Assembly: GCF_037042905.1 (NCBI RefSeq)
Contig: NC_087245.1
Coordinates: 14,510,001-14,574,000, forward strand
DNA: 64,000 bases
Direction of reading: 5' to 3'
Source of the DNA: Lytechinus pictus
Taxonomy: Eukaryota
Below are positions 27,101 through 39,263 of the stretch, one piece after another (the stretch's first letter is position 1; the number at the start of each line of letters is the position of its first letter). Made by a program: the position numbers and the translations under genes. Under the pieces are notes generated by a model. The model saw nothing but the letters and a program-made list of their open reading frames with translations, was not told where the DNA came from and ran no database searches.

Positions 27101-30100
27101 TTTCAAGTTAACCCCAGCATGTTGCTAAAAGTGATTTTTAACCCATCTTTTCTGTCATTGTTTACTTCAAAGATGCAAAACTGATGCTAGATAAACATCT
27201 TCTGCTTTATAAAAAAAGACATCAAGAATTGATCAATTTTATTATGTGACCAATCAGATTTTGCTTAATCATGGATCTGTATAATCAAACATTGAAAGCA
27301 ATCTAATTGATCTCTTAATGACATAATAGCTTTATGGAGTCTGTTACAAGACATCTGATCCAAGCTGTAGCTTGGCGAAGATACTACGGAGAAAACTCAC
27401 CAATATGTAGAGAATCAACATGGAAATTAATGTTAGTGAGCAATGGAGTTTTGATGAGCCACTGGCAGTATACGTGGGACAGGTCTGAGAAATTACCAAT
27501 GTCCAGATAACCTCGGCCATTGAATGATAGGTCAATCTCACCACTACAGCCATAGTCTGTAAAAGAAACAAGTAAACAATCAAATTAACACATAAATTAT
27601 GGGGTTTTTTTCATGTTTTTGAAATGGAATCAATTGCAAAAAAAAATTCATGGGGGCAATTTGTATGGGGTAGAGGTAGAAGAATGTCACTTCCAATGTA
27701 GAAACTGCATACCAAATGAATAGATAAAAGGGAAATTTGTAAAAATCTAGCAGTCAAATTGTCACTAGACACATACAAAGGAAGAAACCGAATTATGATG
27801 AAATGTCATAATTTTTACCAAACTTTTTTAACAGACCCACGTAGGTCTCTTTATTTACTATGTTTAAAACAACTCTCTATTTACAGTAAGTGTGATAGCT
27901 CAGTCGGTAGAGTGGGGGTTTCGGATTCCAATGACCCCGGTTTGATTCAGACTCGGTGCTCTAGTGCCCTTTGGTAAGGCATTAATCCTCATTACCAAGT
28001 CCTTCGGAGAGGACCTTAAGCCGTGGGTCCTCTGGTTGCTTGCTTACAAGCATTCATGCTTTCTTAGCATAATAGCAATCAGGTAAAAAAATCACCACCA
28101 TTTACCATTATTTTTTTACCTTGCATTTGCCCAACATGGGCATGGAAGGTTCTATTCAAGTCAGCATTGCCAGAAGAGAAGATCAAAGTAACACTTTCAT
28201 CAGCATCTATGAAGACAGTCTCAGAAGCAACAACCCCTGTCAAGCGACGGCGATAACTTCTCCAGTCTGAATGATTGAGCCCGCTTCTGATTTCAAGGTA
28301 CTCTGTGCTATAGGGGCAGAAGTAAAATTGTTCACATGCACTTTCTCATTTCGAGCATAATCCATAAACTGAATTTGGAAGTCTCCTGATTACAGAAGTC
28401 TCTTGCCAATAAACTTTCAATTCAGAAGTTTCTAGACCTATACTTTTTCCCTTTTCGGCAAGCACATGCTATAACCCCTATGCTATAACCCCGGGGCTTT
28501 AACAGCGTGGCTCTTCTCTAAATGTTTCATGTTTTCATGCATTTTCTGTAAATTCAACTGTAGAGTGTCCATTTGTAGGCGCTAGGCCTTCTTCAGTCTG
28601 TGCAGACATTAACGTTAGTATCCTATCCAATCATCAAGGGCAAGGCAAGGTATTTAAAATCTAAATGATTTTAAAGAATTATCATGATAAAGACGATAAT
28701 GTCCCAATATTCAATAGAATAACTTTCTCTTCTTTTTTTTTCTTCTGGCCTAGCTGCTGTACGATGGTGCGCCTTGCGACACACAGGTGCAGCAGTAGAC
28801 AGCTGGCAGCAGTCTGTTTCGAGGAGTTTAAAAAAAAAAATTATTTTTTAAATTTCTCCTCATACACAGACGGCTCGCTATCGTGCAGCCACCATTAGGG
28901 TACTTACAATGCAAAATCCCCCCGTCGAGGCTCTTCAATTTTTGTCTTTAATGAATCAAACTTTTGAAAATTAACGCGACCGAAATGCAAATAAATATTC
29001 CCTCTTGGCATTAATTGCCAAAAAACGGGGAAAATCAAGTTAAAAGGAACAAAAACAGTGACTTACCTCGGCTGTCGCGCAACTTAACTGCCCTGTTTTA
29101 TCCGAACTTAATACACATAAACATATGGCCATTGAGTCCCCTGTACAGATCGCGCTAGAAGTAGAACTTCGGTCTCTGTATTTGGTGAGTGAAGCCAACG
29201 GAGTTCAGCTGAACAACCAACATAACAGAGACCGAAGCTTTTGGTCTAGTGCAGCAGCAGTTTCCGTATTTAACTCTATGTTACAGTTAGTACCCCGCCA
29301 ACATATTATTGCTCCGAATATCACCGACGCACCGCGCCGAGTAACCCAGAGAGCTCCGGGCCGCGAAGCGGTCCGGGGCCGTAGCTCTCTGAGTTACGCG
29401 CCGAGTTACGACGTTCATGACGTTAGTTTTGACTAGTAGAAGCTTGATCTTGAGCGATCAAGACAAAATTCCTCAATTTTCATTTGAAACTATACCTCAG
29501 TATCAGGATTCTAAAGGTAAGCCTGAATGTTCTATTGGTTAGCAATTGATAATTGTAAAATAGACTCCAAATCCTTACTTATTCTCTATCTAAGATGAAT
29601 TTGCCGTCAAGCAAAACGATTTGGCCAGTTCGGCGATGCAGTATCGGTACGCAGTTTCAAATCAAGTCCTCAAATTTATTTCGTCAAAAATAAGGGGGAA
29701 AATAACATAACAAAAATAGTTCAAATGGGGCGAGAGAAGTAAATAACACATATAAATGATATAATCTTCTCGAATCGGTGTTTTGAAACTAAGTTCTTGA
29801 TGATATCTTGAGGAATGAACGACGAAGAGAGAAGTGTGTTTATTAAAAATAGATTAGAAGTTTCTTCAGATCTTTTATACCTTGACTGAACCAAGGCAAC
29901 GAAGAATCTCACGTGTATTTGTTTTGCTGGCTCCCCGGGGTTTTTAGGGGAATCCCCATTTTAGTTTTTGGAGCAGCGGCCGGTCTTACCCTTCTTCAAC
30001 AAAGAGACCATGCACTTCAATACTGATCCTTTCTTTAAAACTATTCTCGATCCTCCATATACAGTGCAGGTTTGATGTCTCCTCTGGCAAATGGATGGAT

Positions 30101-33100
30101 AAATCTGAAATGCAATCAATCAGTAGTAATAAAAGAAAAATATGATACTATAATCAATACTTGAGGACACCAGCGTACCTACGGGGGGACAGAGGGGGCA
30201 GACTGCCCCCCTGACGAGTCACAACCCATGCAAGGGACATATCCCTGCCCCCCCCCCCCCCTGACGAGTTTTGAAGACTTTTTTTTTTTTTTTTTTTGCT
30301 TGTCAAATTTGTTTCTGGTACGAAATCCTTTATTTGTGGTTGAAGACCTTTTTTTTTTTTTTTTGCTTGTCAAATTTTTTGGCGGACGAATTTGCCCCCC
30401 CTGTGGAAAATCCTAGGTACGCCACTGCTTGAGGATCTGGATACGGGTCATAGCATGCACGGCCATCCAATTTTCCAAAACCAAAACAGATCTCCTTGTC
30501 CTAATTTGAAAGTGTTTGAACGCTTCTTTTATTTTAAGACAATTAATCTTTACTAAAATTTAGTCCGTGTACAAAATCAAATCAGGTCACTTTTGTTCAA
30601 ATGGTTTGGACGCCCTTTACAAATAAGGATACAGGATGAATTTGAAATACGGAGGCTGACTTCAAACAATAGCACACTAAATTAAAGCAACAGAGAATGG
30701 AGAAATGACTGAGGAGCAAGAGCGGCGATCCAGCTAGGGGGACGGGGGACATACCTCCACCCCCTTCGAATTTCATTTTTTTAACAGCAGCGTACGAGGG
30801 TTTTCTCACCCTCCAGGACCTCCCCGACAAGTTGATTTGAATGGAGAAAAGAAAAATCTAATAAATGCCGGGAATGAAACGTAAGGCTGAAAATTTCATC
30901 AAATTCGGATTTGAAATACTGATTTTTTTTTTTACATTCACAAAACAGTTACATAAATATCGAGGTTGGTAAGCAAATAATGACAAACTGATGACGTAGG
31001 CCTACCCACTCATTTTTTTTTCTTCAAAATTTGATTACTAGTATAATAATGATAAATATCAAAATAGAAGACAGAAATATTACAGCATGGCATATTTGGT
31101 TTTTCATTCGGGAAAGAGCACATTATTTTTTTATTATTTTAATCTTGACTTATAATTATATAGATATACATGTAAAATACAAACCTTCATTTCCTAAATT
31201 CAAGTCTCCCCCACAACTAGTATCAGGTCTATCAGATATGATATCCATTACTGTCGGGAAAAAAAGGTGTAAATAGGATAAAAGAATCATACCTTGCAAT
31301 TTTTGCATTTAAAGAAGTATAAAGGCAATGAAATCAAAATGAAACACAGGTGAATATAATTGACTGCTCATCTAGCGGGTCCTACTCTTGACATGGTATT
31401 ATTCTTGATCACCTGGGACCCGTTTCATAAAGCTGTTCGTAAGTTATGAATGACTTTATGCACGACTGGTAACCCTGTCTTGTGCTATATGATTTCCCTA
31501 TGTATCTGACTCATGTATAAGAACATGTTTCAGTCGTTCGTAAATTTGTGCGTAACTTTACGAACAGCTTTATGAAACACCACCCTGGCAAGAAGATCAA
31601 TGCCCTGTTTATATTCTTTGTTCAACTTGACCGGGGTCCGAACTCACAACCTCGCATTTATTTTTTTTTAAACGCTGTACCACAGAGTCATCACTCCTGC
31701 GTAATGAATATAATTAGCATGGAAATTAATGTGAAAATTAATAATGATAATAATAATGATAATATGGACTAATATAGCGCAGCTACTATAAATACTCATG
31801 TTCTTGATTACCCCGGCTGTATAGCTGAGCCGCCGTATAGGCGCTAAAACATCCAAGGAATAAATCATACCGGTATACCCATTCACCTTACCTGGGTCGA
31901 GTGCAGCACATGAATGTCGGTAAATTTCTTGTTAAAGGAATAAACGCCATGGCTGGAATTCGAACCCATGTCCCTCTGATTGAAATACATTAGTCGAAAC
32001 CACTAGAACACGATGCGACGCCCCCACGAATAGATGAATACGTGTAGATAAATACCAGGTGTGGAGACGGTCAGAGTATTATAGTTTTTTGGGGAAAATG
32101 TCACAGAGAGGGCTCATAACGTTTTTCATGTTGCTCCCCATGAAAATGACCCAAACCGTTCTAATTACGGATGCATGCATTGAACATGTTAAACAAAACA
32201 ATTTTGATTCTCTATAACCTTGTTTTAAGCCATGCAGTTTTGATTCTTGGTATTTGTAAAGTTGTGATGAAAACTGCCTTCTCTGATCTCTACCACCGCT
32301 TTGTAATAAAAACAATAAAATGGAAAGTAATTCCCTTCCGTTTGAATTCAGAATAAATTATTAACGTATGGGACTTCAAACAAGCTCTTACCACTGTCTG
32401 GTTCAACGATTAAATGGAAACCACGCCCACTTCTAGAATAATCTGTCATAAATTCCACTGTAACATAATCCGCATCCCTCACAGTCAATTGGCCGACATC
32501 ATCGGTAGGCGTTCCGGACTCGTAGAGCAGAACTTCCGGACCCGACGTCATTGAATAAGAAGTAACTTTCAACCAATCACGTTGATCTTCTGTGTCCATG
32601 TCAACGATGGTCATTACCATGACACCGGTGCTTGATGACGTAATATTCCATATATAATACGTATCATCGTCGTAGAGCATTGGGTAGTCATTTGTGTAGA
32701 GATGAAGTGCTTTTCCCGGTTTTAGGTCGATATCGTCCATAATGTGCTTACGAGAGATCGGGTCTGAAATTATATAAAGGCGGAAAAGTGAGGAAAAAAT
32801 TATTACTCAATATCCTATCTTAATGCCTATCTTTAACTTTGGTAGATAACCAAATATTCACTATCCCAATAAATAAATAATATGCCCTAAATGCCGAGGA
32901 TATGAACAAATTTGCGATTTTACTACAAAATTAAGTTCGATCGGATTCCCGATCAAAATAAAATTTAAACCTGTCTTTTACCTTTTGATTTAAAATCTAT
33001 TCATTTTCATGTAATGGGCTTAAAGTGTCAGAATATGGTCTTTGTCTAATCACTCAAATCTGTAAGATAGCTGCAAAAGAGTCTATTCAAATGGAATAAT

Positions 33101-36100
33101 ACAAAAAAAATTGAGAGGGCGATAGATACGAAGCAATGTCAAATTTTAATTAATTTTTTTTTAAATTATCTATCGCTACACTTTTGTATGATTAAAATTT
33201 TACTCGAGTATAATTCACATTAGACCCCTTATCAACGCTTTACAGCACGCCTGACTTTAATTATCACTAATTAAAGAATACTTTGTGTAAGCAATAACGC
33301 TGTAGGAAACACAAGTCCAATCTTGTATTGATTTACCCAGCTAGATATAGCCACCTCGGTTATAAACGGTTCGAAGAGCGGGTCGTATCCGGTTCACCAT
33401 TCGAAATACCGAACTCAATGCAAGTGAGAACTACGACGGTACAATGGTCGGTTAAGAAGTATTTACAAAACTAACACTATTCACATTGGGAAATATTACA
33501 AAGTTAATAGCAGGGAAGCAGTGAGATTTTAGAAGATGAATTACAGTAACATTTTTTATTGAATGAGAATACATGTATAGATCTTAAAAGTTCATTTGTT
33601 CACCAGCAGATACTAGGTTTGAAGACAGATATTTTTCCTCATTTGTAATTTACTCTTTCTTGTACTTCTCTAAGTTCTCTTTACTTTTATGTTTTGCTCT
33701 CTTCTGAGTATTTAATCAAAATGGAAAAGACGCTATTTAAAAAATATGTATTATTATTGTTATCATTATTATCATTTACAAGAAAATATTCATTCCGAGT
33801 TGCATTTCATAATACTATTTGGAGAATAACAACTACAAAATTAAAGAACAAACTAATTTTGCTTTAAAAACTATATTCGGGAAGAAAGAAAGTATTTTAA
33901 AAAAGCTGAAACATACCTCTGGTATACTCAGTATAACTAAAACTAAATCCGGTGGCATTGTTCTCCACTCCATCAGAAATGAAAGTAACTTCGAAACCAC
34001 TCCCAATGAAATCCTTTGGTAGTGAACTCCCTGTTAACATCTACACGAGGAAGATGATGAAAGGGGGTCAGTGGGGAGAAAAAGGGGGTTTGAAAGGGGG
34101 GAATGGCCCGGGAAAATTGACAGGCAGGAAGTTAAATGAGAAATTGAAAGAGATATGGTCGATGAAGCTAAACAAACCCCCGAAATAGCCCCGATGCCTA
34201 TTTAATACAAAAAATGTCATCAAAAAATTGATTAGGTTACACAATATCAATTTTGCACATACTCATGATACTGCAGACTGTGTGGCTGATGTAGTGGCGG
34301 ATCAACGGGGGTGGGGCATATCTTGCCCGTCCCTCCCCTTGACTTGACAATTATATACAAAAATATAATTAGTGGAAAATGTCGGGCATACGCAAGTGAA
34401 GACTTTGGTTTTTTTTTGCTTTGTTTTTTGTTTTGTTTTGTTTTGTTTTTGCATGTCCAAATATCCGTGCCATTATTCACCTTCGTAAAGGATTAATCTT
34501 TTTTTCCTTGTCAGATTGCCTCCCCCCCCGGAAAATCATTGAGTCGCCACTGGGCTGAAGGTATATGTGCAGAAACAAGCATAAAGTGATATCACATTTG
34601 CACTATATAGCCTATGGGCTGGTGGGCAAATTGTATCGAATTGTCAGCATTCAAATTTCTTGAAAACTGACTAATTTGACTGATCTATTTGCCTATCTAC
34701 CCTCCAAATTCCTTAATTTGGAAATCAATTTAGATTGTGGTGGGGCCGAAATTTCAAATTAGATTAAGAATAAGAATGAATTCTCACTTTATTAGATTGT
34801 TTATTTTTTTAATCAGTTTTTCCTAGCAATCTAAAGAATTGTAAATTGTATCGTTTCGCTTGCTCGTATTTTATTTTTAGAAATAATTCAATATTTCTTC
34901 ATTATTTGACTATTAGCTCTCATTATGATGCATATTTTCATTTGATATACCGTTTGTGTGCCGTGATCATCAACCACCATCACGTAGTCGTCGCCTTCCC
35001 TGAGATCGAAGTCTGTGAACTTTAATCGTAAGCGGTCTTGAGGAGCTTCTAACACTATAGAACAGTTCCACGTTCCCGGTGTATTTTCGTATGGTGAGGG
35101 GTAACCCGGTGACGTAATCACGCCAGGAATGGTGCTTGGTGGATTACAGATGTCTTCGCCTGGGGAAAGGAATAAATGCATTATGGTAAAAATGCCTCGA
35201 TCAATATAGAAGAAATAAGCCACTCCAAGAAATCAAATAAATAATGTGAAAAATAGAAAATAAAATATGAAATTAAAGATACCTTAAAGAAGTGTAGTAA
35301 AAAAATATTCAAAAAAATTGATTAATTGAATGAAAAACAAATAAATATATTTTGAAAGTGAAGAGAAATGATGGCCCTACAACACCAATATGAATGTAAT
35401 CCACGTAGATACTGATTTTAATATTTCAATCAAAAAGGGAAATAAAAACGGAAAATAAAACAGAAAGAACCACGTGAGTCCCATAGCACAAAACTATTAA
35501 TTAGAGTAATCAGTATAGAACGAAATAAAATTATATTTAAAGATATAAAGAAGCAATAAATACCAGATCAATTAAAATACATATAATAATAAATTATCAA
35601 GGAGATACTCGATGATAAGGTCCGCATGGCGTATCTAGAGAAAACAATTCTGAGTGACATAAGGTTCCGTTTCCACCCCCCCCCCCCCCTTCTCACCTAT
35701 ACACACTCACACTTTATTTTTCCAGAACTACATTTTTTTTTCTTTAAGTTTCCTTTTCTCAATTTCCTGGTTTGATTACAGGGCATTAAGGGTTTCGTCC
35801 TCTATAGCGCCATTCCTGACCAAGGTCCCTTTTCATAAGACTTGATATCATTACAAATGCACAATTTCTATAACACATCTACATTATTGCAAGTTTGTTA
35901 TCATGTTTTTTAAAACCGGTCCTAAATCAATACAAAATTATTTACCCCAATAAAAATGCATAATATTTCACTACTATTTTTTCCCCTTCTATTATCATTG
36001 CCGATTTCTCAGTGGGCTTAGTCAGTTTTGATAAAAACATTCTTGAATAATTCTTATAAAAATGTCATTGAAATTTGTTGCACATATCACTTGGGTGAAG

Positions 36101-38876
36101 AGAAAGAAGGACTGATACTAAAGTGAATCTCCTGACGTGGTAATAATTCTTTTTGGCCAGTCTAAACTTATAGGTTATTTGAGTAGATTTAAGATGAAAA
36201 GCGACTTCCTTCTCTCGGAAAAAGGAGAAATGCAGAAAGAGAGAGAGAGAGGGATAAATTAGAAAAGAAAAATGCATTGTATCGAAAAATTCGGACTGGT
36301 AAAGTCAACTTTGAAGACGATAATCTTTTTTCATCATGACGTCATATTTTTGTGGTTTTGAATTCTCCGAGATTGGCTTATATCCCGCGATAAACAGAAA
36401 TGTAAATACAATCTAGAACCTATATATCCTGTGACTGTGAGTGGTGCTTATATTTGCAACGCCAACAGTGATAAGAACAGGATTAGCCCAAAGTGGACTG
36501 GAATAAACTATCCTACTGATCTGGGATGAGGAAATGCTATTGTTACTACTTCTGCGTATTTTTTATTAAAAATATCATTAAAAATAACGAGTGTTTCAAA
36601 TAAGCTCCTTATTACATAGGACGTAAACGTTAAACAGTTTACTAGATACATTAAGAATATGCAATAGAGGGGAAAATCAGACAAGTTGATAGGTGAAAGT
36701 TTGAACAATATCGGACAAACAGTAAGAAAGTTATGAATTAAAAAAAAATATATATATTGGTAATCACTATACCCATGGAGACTTCAAAATGGCCGCATAT
36801 GTCTTAGTGATGGAAGGCAGGGACTACTCTTCAATTTATTCCATAAAATGGCTAAAATTTCATTTTTTTTTTCGGAAACTTTTATTACAAAATATATTTT
36901 TCTTTCATGAGGACGTAAAACAATATACTACATGTACCTTGGTGACATTCAGTTTACTGCCCCGGGGGAATGGGTACTAAGGAGAAAACCACATGGCCTA
37001 TATATGGGGAAAGTTGTCCTTGCCCCATGTCAAAATTTACTTACCAAGTTGCCAATTTGAAATCAACATTTAGGGATCTCAATAAAGCAGTCATTACTTT
37101 TTTATTGCTTGTTCGATTCTTTCAAACTTTCACCATTCTGGGTTTTTTTCTCTCCTTTCCAACACATTTTATGACCAAGGCTTTAATCCCCTTTAAACAC
37201 TGTAAAACGCTGTTTAAAATTTCAAACACGTTGTTTAATTCTATTCTAACATCAAGTTGTTAAAACTCTTAGGCAATTGTTAAAACGGTTTTAAACAACT
37301 TGTTTAAACTTAAACAATACCTGTTAGAGTGACGGACTTAAACAACGCACTTAAGATTATGAACTTTGATAAGTTTCGTTCATTGTTTACATTATATGGA
37401 TTAATGATATTATCATACCAGAAAATCACGCTTGAAATTAGGCATTTATGTAGTTTGTTCATGTAGATGTGCTATTTTAGGGGATTGCATATTTTCTTGG
37501 GATTGCATATTTTCTTAAATCAAGAAAAAGTTTGTGAATTATTAAATACCATAAGGCAATAAAAATGAACGACCTTTGACCCCAAAATATTATCAAGATC
37601 ATCATATCCATTGTTACATGGAATTTATCACCCCAATGCAATAATTACCCCCCGATCAGGGTTCTATTATCTATGAAATTGTCACAATTTAAGCACTTAT
37701 CAATCTATTATCTACTTAGTCCAAACCGTTCTATTTGTTTTATGGGAATCAATATTGATTCCTACTTTGAAAAGTAGTGAAAAGAAAATTAAAACTTCGC
37801 CTGGTGCTATTGACGAGTAAAGCGCAAACATAATTTTTTTCCTTAATAGTCAAACCTTGTGATAATAGTGATTATTTTTATCATTAAATACCACCATTAT
37901 AGAAATGAGGACGCAATCTTTAAAACTCAGAAGTAATGCTAGAGAGTGATTTTCATTGCATCGATACGTAAATAACAATTCTAAAAGGAAAAAAAATTGT
38001 TTTTATTACTGTCTATACTTGCACGTATATGACTACTGTCAATATTAATTCATTAAATTGATATCAGACATCTCTACATTATTTTAACAAAAAGTGTATG
38101 ATATTTCTAACAATAATTATTCTGGGGTCAAACTGTTGTAATACTTATTTTTACAATAGTAAACATACACTGAATAGAATTACTGATCATTAATAGTTGC
38201 CCAATGTCATTTAATATTTATTTAGAGTGGGAGTTCGATTGTGTACATCATTTAATGGTGCAATAAATACATAAACGTTGAACTATAGCAGACATAATGT
38301 ATATAAAAAGAACAAATATTAGCACTGCATGGTCGAATAGGACTTGTTGCTAACTTTTTCAAGTGTGCAACTCACTATCACATTGTACATGTTTTAGAGA
38401 TAGATAATATAAGTGCAAGAGTCCTACCCACAAATATTTGATTTTTTATTGATTTTTTTAATGAAATTCCACCCAACATGTGCGACGATTTCTTCAAATT
38501 CAATTTTTAGAATACAGGAAATATTGTATTTATTAATATTATATCGTGTTGTGTCGTACTGTACTGTATTTTACTATATGGTATTGTTTTAATATCTACC
38601 AAACACAAATATTCACGCAAAGACGATCATTGTCCTTGTCAGCATTATAAGGCTAAGGTTTGTTTTATCATATTCCCACATTAGGATCTAACATAAACGG
38701 AGGAACCTATCGTTAATTGATTTTGTTGATTGGTTAGTTGGATGATCGAGTGATTAATCGACTAAATTCAATTTATGCCACTGGAAACACTAATAAATCA
38801 ACCACTCAACTAAATATCTACAATTCATGAAAGGCACATTATCATGGCAGTGAACCCCCCCCCCCAAAAAAAAAAA

Positions 38877-38909
<33 letters not shown>

Positions 38910-39193
38910 AATAAATAATTAATTAAATAAAAGAGATAATCTTCATTTATTATGTACGACTTGTGATAAACAATTTCTTAGCGATATCCTTCATAATAAT
39001 TGATCTCAATTGGAACATAACTAAATAAATCAGTTTGGTGAATATTATTACAGTCGAGCGTTATATGTAACTTTTTAAACGGCTTTATGAAAAAACACCA
39101 AGGGATGTTTCGTATTCTCGTTAAAGGCATTTCCTCTGAACTTCAAAGCGATAAAAAAATGACCATTTAGCTCTTGATATAGTCAAGAAAAGA

Positions 39194-39263
<70 letters not shown>

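Noticed and set aside
27890..27965. tRNA gene
   Set aside because: A/B boxes are present but there is no convincing cloverleaf, and the sequence continues into a SINE body; the same applies at ~31950 and ~57740
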